Positions 14,401 to 26,243 of a DNA stretch of 64,000 nucleotides are shown here, one piece after another. Positions within the stretch are counted from its first letter, which is position 1. The number at the start of each line of letters is the position of its first letter. A program made the position numbers and the translations under genes. Location of the stretch: contig CM082581.2 in NCBI GenBank assembly GCA_040954595.2, positions 13,589,921 to 13,653,920 on the forward strand, given 5' to 3'. The notes beneath the pieces were generated by a model that was not told the DNA's origin, ran no database searches, and saw only the letters and a program-made list of their open reading frames with translations. The stretch is from Balanoglossus misakiensis (lineage: Eukaryota; Animalia; Hemichordata).

Positions 14401-17400
14401 TGACTGAGGCTACACTGGAACAAATCTTCCTTAAAGTTACGCGAGGTAAAAGTTTGGTTGTAAAATTATCTTCTTCCATATTTTATTGACCTTATGAATA
14501 TTTGATTGTCTGAAGATTTTAGGCTAGTAATGTTTAATTTTACCCTCCATAAATCTGAAAAATTTGTTCATAATATTGATGACAACATTTCTTTCTGTTC
14601 AGATCAGAATGATGGTCTCTCAGCCTGTGTGCCAACATCCACTGGTTTTGTTGAGGATGGCGAAGTTGTATGTCCACAGCAAAGCATCCAGGAATTGATA
14701 CCAGGAAATTTAGATCAGACTCTGCCGGATATGACCAAGTCTGGTATGGCCACACATCAAAATGGTGTCAATAGGCATAGCCAGGAGCAATGGAAAGGTA
14801 CTAGATTTGCTGGGTTTCTGAATTAAAAGAAATACATTAGTATTATTTTTTGGGGTTGGGGGGAATCGTCTGAATTGTAGATGACGTATTCCACAATACA
14901 AGTGATATCTGGAATGTGGCGGGAGTCATGTATCTGAAAACTTTTACATTTTCCAACAATGTTCAATCAAGTAAAAAAACAGATGAATAGAACCTGAAAA
15001 TTTACAGCAATTGTTTCTTATTTTCTCTTACAGATACAAACAGTAAAAAGGATATCTCAGGTGCAAGTAGACTTCTGTGGATATTAGTTGGGCTCTATAT
15101 AAAGCGGTGGCATTATGTCAAACGTGACATAAAGACAGTGATCGCGCAAATCATCGTACCAATGCTACTCATTGTCCTAGCTGCGGGCATGACAAAAATC
15201 TACGAACAAAGCGACCAAATCAAGTCCTTAACTCTGCTGCCATCAATGTACATGGCCAAACCTGTGTATGTGCCATATTCAAATGAGGCGGTAATGCTTC
15301 CGGAAAATGTCAGTGAGGTCGAAACGGGAATCGTGCGTGCCAGTGACCTGATACGGACGTTGTTTTATCCGGCCGGTCTGGGAACAACTTGCTTGCAGGT
15401 TCTAAACACAACAGCAGATGTGAAGAAGAATTCTTGGTTTCGTCCGGCCGGTTTTACATCATGTCTGCTGTTATCAATCAAAGTGAACCACAGCCAAAGT
15501 TATAACATCTCAGAAAGTCCAACCATGTTTGAGAAAGAATATTACAACAATGCGCACCCACAGTACAATGTCAACCTCACGACGTCTCTTCCAGACTTTA
15601 CAGTTGCCTCGTCCACAGATACAGAAGGTATGTGAGAGCTAATAAGCAATAAGGATGTAGTTTCGATGACAATTGATGTCACAGGCTTGTATAATTTTTG
15701 GAAATCAACCTACCGTACATTTGGTTGTGTAATTTCACTGTAATTCCACTGTCTTGAATTGAAAAACTTATATTTGCAACCTTTCAGATGACACTGCAGA
15801 AGAAACATGCCAATGTAATGCTGACTCTACTGACGTACTATGTTCTGGTACACCTCCGTCCAATATGCCAGCGTACAAAGTGACCAGCGGAGAAATACTT
15901 CAAGACATGTCCGGCAACAATATCACCAAGTACTTCATGGAATCCAGGCATGAACATCGGCAGAATCGGTAAGAGATCATTGTCTGGGACTTACCAGTAG
16001 AGTGGATTGTTACCAGATCCATTAATCAGTCCTCTTTCAATCAGCCCCTGCGAGTCTTCTGAGAGAAATTATTTATCATAATTCTCTTATTTTTAACCCA
16101 GGCTTGGTGCACTGTCTTTTGGTAACATCAGAACTTTTGTACCTGAAGATTTCGTTACAAAACTAAACGCATCATCCCCATTCAGGAAATTAGCATCCAG
16201 ACATGCTGTGGTGGTAAGTTTTTCATTATATCTACACTTCCCTGACTTGTAGAATTCATTGAAATTTCGATACCATGAGTCTTATCATTGGTATTTTCTG
16301 TTGTAGGCATGGTTCAACACACTCAGCACCCAAAGTGATGGTGTCTTTGTAAACGTTGTCAACAATGCCATCTTCAGGGCCAATGTGGATGCCACTATGG
16401 CCGGCAGACCATCAGACTATGGTATCACGGTGGTCAATGAACCTATCATGACAGATGCAGCACTCTTAGAAAGATTTGTGTAAGTTGTCATCTTCTACTC
16501 GAGCAGTGTTATAATAATTGAGATTAGGAGTCCTTTCTTTGGTTGACAAATATGTTTGAAAATATTTATTCTTGCCTTTTACTTCACTTCCTTAGCATTG
16601 GAGGGATGTATCTGAAGATTGCAATTGTCACTCTGGCGGCCATGACATCTGTGTCGTCCAGTATTGTCATCTTCTTAGTAGCCGAGAGAGCAAGCAAGGC
16701 CAAACATCTACACTACATCAGTGGAGTCAGTCCACTGGTCTATTGGTTGTCAAATTATAGCTGGGACTTAGTAAGTAGCTACTCGTAATATCTGTTGACT
16801 TTTTCTGTGATATGATCTCCTTATCATCTGCCGCATTGCAAAAAGTTCCCGCGAGATTTACATAATTATACTTTATTCCAAACGTTAAAAGAACAAGACC
16901 AAACTATTTTCTATATTTATCTTCATCAGCTGAACCACTTAATACCTATAGCCGGAGTTGTCGCTATTTTTCTGGCATTTGAAGTTCCTGTATATTCAAC
17001 TGCTGAAAACACTATAGCTTTGGTGGTGATCTTTGTTATGTACAGGTACGTGAATTTTTTTACTTGTAAGATGTTACTCACACATACAGCTTCAACTTTC
17101 TGGAAGAGCGATGTGCAGGTTTTAAGGGAATGTCATTTTGTAGCCAATTCAAGGACAGCGTTGTTTTATCCCTTTGAAGTAAATGTCAAAACTTTTAAAA
17201 TTTGGTTTGATTTCAGTTTGGCCACCATCCCAATGATGTACCTCGTAACTTACATGGTGAACGTTCCAAGTGCAGCGTTTATGGTGGCCTTCTTTGTCAG
17301 CGATCTCGTCAGTTACTTTCCAACGATAGTTACCTTATACATGCAGTACTTTGCACCTGTTGAGGTTTGTATTCATTTAACTCTAATAAGACTGCTTTGC

Positions 17401-20400
17401 TTTTAATGTGGAAATGGTTGTCACAGGGGTTAATGGCCAAAATTTGCTTAAGATGGCCATATAATGTGATTTGGGTATACTTGCCCCATGTTAACTAGAT
17501 TTTAACTGTGGTATAATTTATTTAATGGTTAGGCTGTTCAGTCTTTGATGGATAGTATGGACAAGTTGTTTATGCTGATACCAGGCTACTGTCTTGGTTA
17601 TGGAATGATTGAACTGGCATTCTGTGATGTGTCCAATGCTTTCTACAGAGAAATTGGTAAGTAAGACAGAGCTTCATACCTGGCCATCACCAATCTTTTA
17701 GTCAATATGTTGCATTTGTAATGACATGATCACTACCTGCTTATCCTTTCCTAAAGTTTTTCGCCATAAAATTGTGACACCTCCATCTATGTGCAGCTCA
17801 GTTTTGAGTTATACTTTTTGTCGTTTGACAGGCCAGTTTGACAGAGTGCAGTCCCCATTTGAATGGCACCTTTTGACTCATAGGCTGGTTGTCATGGGAA
17901 TAGAAGCAGTAATTCTCTTCAGTTCTATCATACTGTATGAATATGGTTTCTTCACAAGATTCTTCAGGTGAGATACATGTACAGTCAACTTATTATATAT
18001 TAATATATTCCCCTCATAAGTGGCAACTCAACCCCAATAGTTTGCTCAATAGAATGACCCACATCAAGGTGCTAGAATATAAATTTTAAGTGTCATATAT
18101 ATTTGAATGATACAGGAGAAACAGAGAAAATCTGTCAGAGATGGTGGAATTTACAGAAATGGAAGACACAGATGTTGCAAAGGAGAGAAGACGTGTCATA
18201 GCTGGTGCAACAGAGGACGTTGTCCGATTGGTCAATTTGACAAAGGTAACACCTGGTTTTAACTTATAATGTCTTGTGTCTTGTCTTGTGTCTGTATGTC
18301 TGTAAGAATTTTGACTGGAGACACTTGTATGTCATCATTGCACCAGCACCCACCTCAACCTTGAACATAGAAACAGATTACAGTGCCGGCATTTGTTGCT
18401 TATAACCTAGACAATAGAACGGATTGTAATACTTTATTTTTTAATTCATTTCTGTAGGTTTACAAAAAGAAGAAAACATCTAAGAAGTGTGTGGCAGTGG
18501 ATCGATTATGTCTTGGTGTTCCTCAGGGAGAGGTAAGAAACAAAGTGATATTTGTACAATATGTCCCCATTCCAATATATGCACCATGCTGATAATCCAA
18601 ATGTGCAGCTGCTATCCTTTTTATTAAAAAAATCACTTTGAAGAGATTTAAATGACAGAAAGATGTTCACTCATTCTTTTGTTTTTATTTTTCATCTTGG
18701 CAGTGCTTTGGTTTGCTTGGAATCAACGGAGCTGGTAAAACAACTCTTTTTGAGATGCTGACTGGTGATAGAACAGTTACACACGGAGATGCCTTTGTCA
18801 ATGGGAAAAGGTGTGTTTTTTTGTCTGTCATGGAATGTTGAAGATGGCAGGCTTTATTGTTGCCTGGCAAAATGGCAATTTATTTCAGCATCTTTGTTTT
18901 TGTGGCGGTCCATCAATCTGTTTACAGTGATGCTGTCTGTTAAATTTTGTTGAAATCTATTTGAAACTTTCAGCATATCCAGGAACCTAAGAGAAGTTTA
19001 CGAAGACATTGGATACTGCCCTCAGTTTGACGGTCTCTACAATCAGCTGACAGGACGAGAGCATCTCATGCTCTATGCAAGATTGTGTGGTGTCCAGTCA
19101 GCAAGTAGGGAACAGGTAAGAGAAGTGTTGGTCAAGTTGATTGGTCAGTGAAGGGAAGGGAAGATACAACATGATTTGTGATTGGTTGATTTGTAGCTCA
19201 TGTGGCTTTATTCAGTTGAACCAAAACAATTTGTAATTTTTCATGTTAAATTTGAAAAGTTGATGTGTTAGTAATTGATTTTAACAATGGTTTCTATAAA
19301 ATTTTGTTCTGCTAGGTTGTGGAGTCTATGTTAGAAAAAATGAACTTACTACAATATGCTGACAAGCAAACTGGTACTTATAGTGGTGGAAATAAACGGA
19401 AACTATCAACAGCTATTTCACTCATTGGCAATCCGAAGGTACTACTAATGGTATGTATCAAAGTACTTGTATTTGCAACTGTTATCTTGAAAATTCAGAA
19501 ACCGTAAAGAACACATAAAAAGAAAATTAATTTTTTATATATTACTCATGCATGCACAATTCTAAGAGATTTCTGTCCTGTCTCTTCACTACAGGATGAA
19601 CCAACCACTGGAATGGACCCCAAATCCAAACGGTTTCTATGGCAAATAATCAACAATGTCGCAAAAAGTGGTACATCGGTAGTTTTTACGTCTCACAGGT
19701 GAAAATTTATACTCATCCCTTGATGCTCGTCCAAGTGTAAATCTGTGATTGGCTGGTTACCATTTGTAACTTTAGTGGTTAAATCTGCATAGGTGACTGT
19801 GTACCTTTAATGTACATGTAGAATGGCACCTTTCATGGACTCATATTTAATATATGCACATGTAGTGTTTTTGCGGCCAATATGGAGTAAATCGTGTAAA
19901 CCTGGTGCACATGTTAATATTATTGTTGACACCATTTTCATTTCCTTATCCAGTATGGAGGAATGCGAGAGTCTATGCAGCCGTCTGGCAATCATGGTCA
20001 GTGGACGCTTTAAATGCATCGGAAACATACAACACCTGAAAACTAGATTTGGTGATGGTTACACTATCACTCTGGTGCTCAACAAAAGCCAGCCAAGGCT
20101 ACAGCAGGTGCAAGCATTCTTCAGACAGGCTTTCCCAGAAAGTGTACTTAAGGTAAAAAAGGATTTCTATACTCATTAAATTGATTAATATATGTATGAT
20201 GGACAGTGTTTGCATGTCTAAATCCATTCAAATTTTCCATCTTATTTCTTTATCATCCACAGGACAGCCATGTGAACATGGTACAGTTTGAACTGAAATC
20301 AATATCGCTGGTTGAAATGTTCTCAAAGCTGGAGGAAATGAAAATAATACTAAATATTGAAGACTACTATGTGAGACAGACAACATTAGATGATGTAAGT

Positions 20401-20751
20401 ATCATAGAAAATGACATTTCCTTCAAAAGAAAAGGTATTAGGACATACATTATATCATAAAAATGATTGGATAATGGATAACTGTTCTATTAATATACAT
20501 TTTGATATGTTTTGATGCTGTATACATGACTGCTTTATTGCAAAAGCAAGCAGTCTTAAAACCAGTTTCTGGGGCTGATACCGATTGGCCTGAAATGTTT
20601 CTCTTTTCCGTGTCAGATTTTTATCAACTTTGCAAAGCAGAGTGATTTGACAGCTTCAGAGAGTGAGTCCGGGGAATCAGTCGATGAAGAGTGCAATACA
20701 ACTACAACACCCGAACAAGAAAACTTACTGGAAAGTGATATTCCTGTCTAG
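2456..20751 (+). CDS. ABCA2: ABC transporter subfamily A, ABCA2-like full transporter; multi-exon, first exons not found in this window
   Basis: GT-AG exons. N-terminal exon 2456-2567 encodes [16 protein letters not shown]; exon 6284-6698 encodes [11 protein letters not shown]...SPKILYTP (both ABCA2-like from recall). NBD1: GRNGAGKTT (~11890), [15 protein letters not shown] and [11 protein letters not shown] (13179-13370), [12 protein letters not shown]2: GINGAGKTT (~18720), [41 protein letters not shown]-terminal QTTLDD/IFINFAK exon 20617-20751 ends in TAG. Orthology is inferred without a search. Confidence 0.9.
2918..3022. mobile_element. MITE with 20-bp TIRs and a 12-bp flanking direct repeat
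   Basis: AGCTCTGCGTACAGGTCTGT (2918-2937) and ACAGACCTGTACGCAGAGCT (3002-3021) are perfect inverted repeats; TAAATGGCTAGA occurs at 2906-2917 and 3023-3034. Confidence 0.85.
8887..8971. mobile_element. 85-bp piggyBac-type MITE
   Basis: TTAA-CCCTTTCACC...GGTGAAAGGG-TTAA: TTAA target duplication with CCC/GGG termini, located in an ABCA intron. Confidence 0.85.
12020..12104. mobile_element. Second copy of the 85-bp piggyBac-type MITE
   Basis: TTGA-CCCTTTCACCACCATGG...GTGAAAGGG-TTAA; same length and internal sequence as 8887-8971. Confidence 0.8.
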
Positions 20752-22014
20752 ATGTGGTAAGTGTGTACGGATACCAGACTGCTTAACTACAGGGCTACAT
20801 GTCATACACTCCTGGAGAATTGATGTAACCATTTTAACAGAAAGAAACCATTTTAAAAAATAAAGAAGAAATGATTTGAAAGTTTTTTGTGTTAGCCCTG
20901 TCATGGTTGATGTAATTTTACATTTATTTTTTCTCCTTTTAGTTTATTGGAAGATATTCAGCAACTGTTATGAAGCAGACAACAGAATGATGTATTCTCT
21001 GCTTTTTGTGAATTGCATCAGAGATATCAAGAATGTGGAACAGCTAACATAAGAAATGTGTAGGAGTTGATAATTGATACAGTCAGTTTAAAGTTGGGAG
21101 ATTCTTCACTCGAGTGGTATAGGCAATCATCAAGAGATTACTGCATGTGATAGGGAACCAATTCCTACCAGGAACTCTGTCATGAAGATTCGGTTGTCTC
21201 TGGTTGCTTTCCTCAAACTCCAAAGAATTCAACTCCACGTTTTGGAAATAATTGTAACCAGATCTCAGGAAACTATCATTACAATTACTGGCGTCATAAT
21301 TTGCCTTATCTATGAGCCTCACTGTTTTGAGTCAAAATGTTCACTGTGTGATTTCTTTGAGTTTTGAAAAGTTTTCCATAAAATTTCCAGACAAATGCCA
21401 AGTTCAGTAAATGTTTTATTTATTGCAAAGAACAACTAGCTTATGATATTTCTGGACTTGCTAAATCTGACCACAGCATCGAGATATGTCTTTCAGTTGT
21501 AGAAAAAATGACTGAAATAAGCAGGATTTTGATCCAGAAACTTGTAGTGACTGAAGTTGATCGTGGAATGACCCCTGCAGTTGCTAGATTATTTATGTAT
21601 TATAGATCTGAAGTCTGACAATGGTGTTAATATATGATTGAAGGTAGTTTGGAAGGTTGACTAGAGAGTACAATTTTACAAAGATATTGTCTGGGTCTTC
21701 ACTGCAATATTTGAAAAAGAAATGTTGCATGCACATTCTATGCATACTGTCAAACAGAGGGCTGACTTTTACTGTTATTCTAAATTATGCAAACAAATTG
21801 CTTAGGTCTGTTTGTTTTTTTTCATAATCATTGCTGTTAAATGTATCCAGCCTTTGCTTTATGGCGGAAAAAGTTTAGAAGTAGAAGGTCAAGAATCACT
21901 TAGGTCTGGTTCCAGACTAACATTTGCTGTTAACACAGTACTTGGTAGTATTTTTTACCTTCACACTGGAAGGTATTCATGACATGGAACATGTCATCAT
22001 TTTGTCCAAGCCTC

Positions 22015-22082
22015 TTACCCTAATTCCAATGAACTAGCCCAGCTTTTACCAATGACAACAATGGGGCTGGACCAAACCATGT
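22015..22082 (-). mobile_element. Degenerate copy of the 85-bp MITE, reverse orientation
   Basis: Reverse complement ATGGTTTGGTCCAGCCCCATTGTTGTCATTGGTAA resembles the MITE interior ATGGTTTGGTCC...TTGTTTTCTATGGT. Confidence 0.45.
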
Positions 22083-24408
22083 TAACGCTAGGGAGTGTAG
22101 TGTGTCGTTCACACAGTTAGGACTGAGCAACCATGTATTAGAGTGTATTGTAATACTGTATGCTGCAAGATCACTAACATATCTTACATTTTTTACTGAA
22201 ATAATTGTCGTTTTTCAAGGAGTAGTACAAGTATATGTGTATCAAGAAAGAACATTTCATGTGATCTGCACATGAAAATGTTGTATAAGAATATACAAAC
22301 TGAGGCTGATGTGACCAGCCTGCCATATGTGACATTGTACTTTGGAATTTTTGGGGAGGTGATTTTTCGAAGGCTGGTGAGGCTGTGATGTACAGAGCTT
22401 TTAATGCAAACGAGGTTTATTTTATGTGGTTATATATTATGAATTTGAAATATTTTGAGTTAAATAATATTCACTGATATCCAGTAAATATTCCAAGCAA
22501 GTTTGCTGTTGTGTGTCGTATGTGAACTTTACAATGCACTTTGTTTTGATGGACTCATTTTTGTTAAAGGAAGCTTATTTGTTTATTTGTTGAAGTTTCT
22601 GTGTCTGTCTGTTTGAGCACATTGAGCTTGAAATGAATATCTTGTGAAAATGCTCCAAGTTGTAAATTAATTTTACTGTTCAGAACATAATATTAATCAG
22701 TGAGGGATTTTTATACAATTTTATTTCTATATGAGGTTGATATCATTTACAATCATTTTGAAATGTACTAATTTTACTTAATTTTTACCAATTATTTATG
22801 GCATGCTAATCACACATTACAATGAGTTTGAGAGCAATCAAGTTTTAAACATTATTCCTGGGTGGATCAGGTTTTTTTTATAGAGTATCCTGTTATTGCA
22901 AATTTTCTTTACAATTTTCAAATCCACATGAGATTTTACAGCCAGAAATTATCTCACCATCTCACAAACAATGCATGCAGCCCACCTAAAAGAAGCTTAT
23001 GGTTTCAAAATGCAACTATTACAATGCAAGTGGTTGTAATTTTCATTAGACTTCTGTGTGTTGTCAAGATGGTTACCCCCTGGAAATGTACCACCAGGAC
23101 ATGTCTCACACACTGTAGGGCTGGGGTAAATTGTCCAGGGGGGAACTGCCCTAGAAACCATCTGTGTACCTTTGGTATCAGATGTACCATAAGTGGCTGT
23201 GGGATATTACCTTGATATTTGAACACAATACATGTCCTAATGTGTGATGACTTCCCATTGAACCAGATTTGGAAGACTAAACTAACCCTCACGGGGTCAT
23301 TGGTCAACCAGGGCAATATTAAAATCCTGGCTTGTGCGACGGTGCTGGCCAGGATCTATGAAATAATTATGCAAATTATGTCCAGTTACTTTACTTGTTG
23401 GCATGTTTAATATTATTTGGTTAAATGCTATGTGGATAGGTTTGAATATTTTTTTCAATTTTATGAAATTTGTATCTTTGAGATGGTTAATCATGCCATA
23501 ATTTGGCCACTGATGGCGCTGTTATTCGTAAGCCGAGTTACTATGTGCACAACAGGCAATACAGTTCACATTGGCCACAGAGTTGGAACAGGTATTTTTT
23601 TCTGTCCTCAGAGGTTAACAGATAATGACAAATATCAAGAGAACATAAGCAATTTCACCTTGAGGTAGTGAAAAAGAATATATCTTGCAGGTTTTATCAA
23701 GATTCTTACATGCTGCAAGTTTTCTGAACTTGTGATAATAAACATACATTTGGTATTTCATTCAGCAACTCGGGTTCATTTTGGATTTTCAATGCATCTC
23801 AGACTTCTGTTTTATTCATTTTAGGTTTGGGAGTTGTCTCTTTCTACCATCATGTGTTGACTCTTCCCAGCTTTTTGCTTATATACACTTATATACATAA
23901 TCTCAAACGCTGAGACTCGCAAGTTTTCATCAACGATTAACTACAAGAATACAACACTAGCCATATGTGGTGCAGTCATCTTTTATTCACAGGCAAAACT
24001 CAAACCCAGAAATACAGATGAAGGAAAAACAACTGACAGTAATAGATTGGATCCAGGGGCATTTGCTGTGAAAGTGGCAGTCAGTTCATGGACTACAGCC
24101 TGGATGGATCAAGTGTTTGCCAAATACAGTTATAATACAGTATGGGTGTCATCGCTTGTCTGCGGCAGATGATCCCAGAAACCCACAGAAGGGACCACTG
24201 CACTATAGTTGTTGAAAAAGTGTTCAATGTTCTCTAAACTTTCTAGCGTTCCACATAGTCTCATCATATCACAGAGTACTTTGAAATGAACAATTCATTT
24301 CATACACACTAGAACACTGGTTTCCACTTCAAACTGTTGCCATGACAAAGCGTCAACTGATTCACTCTCCCAGAATTTGTTTTCCAAAATGTAGTTTACT
24401 CGGCTGTG

Positions 24409-25552
24409 TTAGCTGGCTATCGGTATGTCATTTGCATAAATTTTTCGCCCTTCCTTGTCGATTGCGAAATTATAGTCTTTTGGATCAGCAAGTGCTCGTT
24501 CAATAGCTTCGTCAAGTGTTTCCATGGTGATGAATGATTTTCTGGCCTCCTGCAAGACAAAATCAGTTTCTTACAATTGACAACTTATTTTCAGAAATTA
24601 TTTCAAAATCACATCAACCAATCAGAACTTCATTAACAAGAAAAAGATCAATGGTGCTTTTCATGAGTTCTGTATGTCTCATATTACAGAAAACCTAACA
24701 ACTGAAACTGTGCTGCTGAACACTTGTGATATATTAAACTGACCTTTTCTGCTCTGACAATCAACTCATATTCTTCTTTCAATCCAGCTTTCTCTAGCAG
24801 TTTTCTCTCTCGATCTGCTTTCCACTCCTGTCGCTGTTGCCTTGCCTCCCTAGCCTGCCTAGCTTCTCTGTGAATAAAAAAAGGTATATCAGAAAACAAT
24901 GCTGACTATATTCATATAGGTTGTACTAATAAGCTGGGTAATAGGCATTTCATCGTTACTAAAAACTTGTATGAAATCTGAGTGATGAAATTATACCTGA
25001 TGGGTCGTATTCTTTCATTTTCTTGTATATTCCATTCTATTGCGGCTATGTGTTCTTCTCGTGCCATCCTGTCTGCCTCTTCAAAACTGATCCCAGCTGT
25101 CTTGCCCTCCAATTCCTGTTGAAACATAAAACTACACAAAAGAGAAAAAAGAAATATTACCTTGCTCTGCGGTAACAGGTGAAATGCGACATTATTATGA
25201 ACTTATGCGTTTATTATTATATTAGAGCAAAGCTGATCCAGGACATCACACGACTTGTACACAGAGCTAGAAAGTTTCGTGTGCACAGTACCACTTACCT
25301 TAATGACTTAATCTTCGTGTTATATATCCGAAATTGCTCTCTGAGAAATTCGGTTTCCCAAGGATCACGTGGAGTTGGTTTTCGCACATAGTTGAGTTTA
25401 GATTTCGAAGGTGGTCTGGGGATTCCCCGACCGAAGCGGCCTTGGCGACCACGGTAAAATTGGGTAAGAGCAGGTCTCGTCTCCTGCCACGGATTCCAGG
25501 CAACATTCAGTCCACCGACACGGGATAGGACGTGGCTCAATCGAGAATACAT
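24409..25552 (-). CDS. MRPS26: Mitochondrial ribosomal protein S26 (mS26), 4 exons
   Basis: Exons 25552-25299, 25131-24997, 24867-24744 and 24549-24409 are in phase with GT-AG junctions. The protein has an Arg-rich N-terminal leader, PPSKSK...DPWETEFLREQFRIYNTKIKSL, EEHIAAIEWNIQENER and a C-terminal KSFITMETLDEAIERALADPKDYNFAIDKEG matching mS26. Confidence 0.9.
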
Positions 25553-26130
25553 GGTAAAAAGTAAAATAATCAACAGCAGAAGCCCGGGGAACCAAGTATC
25601 ACATTTTTTTCAGGTCGTGAACTTTGACCTCAACAGGCTCTTTCACGGAAGGTGCCGCTGAGCACAACTCACGTTCAGCGTAGACAAGATGGAGCCGTAT
25701 GCGATTACACATGTGTGAAAGAAGAAAATGAAATTTTCATCTGTAACTGAGTACGTGACATATTTTACGTTTTTTATCATCTAATAATGTAGTTATCTGC
25801 GCCTCGTCCTCTCGTATTGTATGCCGCTGGTAGCACAGCGCAGCCAGCGGTTGAAATGGGGTAGCTACTTGAAGAGCAGAAACCCTCGGCCCAGATTTGG
25901 GTTCAGGCCTTGCCTGGATTGTTCAAACTTCGAAGAATAAACTACATTTTTCATAAAAATGGAGAATCAAGTTTGTCAAATTTGATGTCCACATCATTGC
26001 ATTGATCATAGCATGTAGCATGGCACACGTTGTGCATAGCGCCACCAGACAAAATGAACAGGCCGGGGTGGGGAGTGACAAACAAACAAACAAACACATA
26101 CATTACATATTAAAATTACAATATTTTATG

Positions 26131-26136
26131 TTTATT
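26131..26136 (-). terminator. Candidate AATAAA polyadenylation signal of the AKR gene
   Basis: TTTATT on + about 110 nt downstream of the AKR stop, followed on - by a GT/T-rich tract (~26077-26100). Confidence 0.6.
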
Positions 26137-26243
26137 GCGCAAAAGTGAGATCTATTGCTTGTTTTCACTGTGCTTTCCACGTGGTGCCATAGATATCCTG
26201 AAGATTCATTATCAGATATTGCTCCACTCAGCTACAGTTCGTT

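Noticed and set aside
5587-23668. Many short antisense or off-frame ORFs in the ORF track
   Set aside because: They are shadows of ABCA exons or chance ORFs in introns and UTR, with no independent support.
25161-25166. Possible 6-nt microexon (CAG|AGCAAG|GTAA) in MRPS26 intron 1
   Set aside because: The downstream intron would be only about 29-45 nt, and the gene reads correctly without it.
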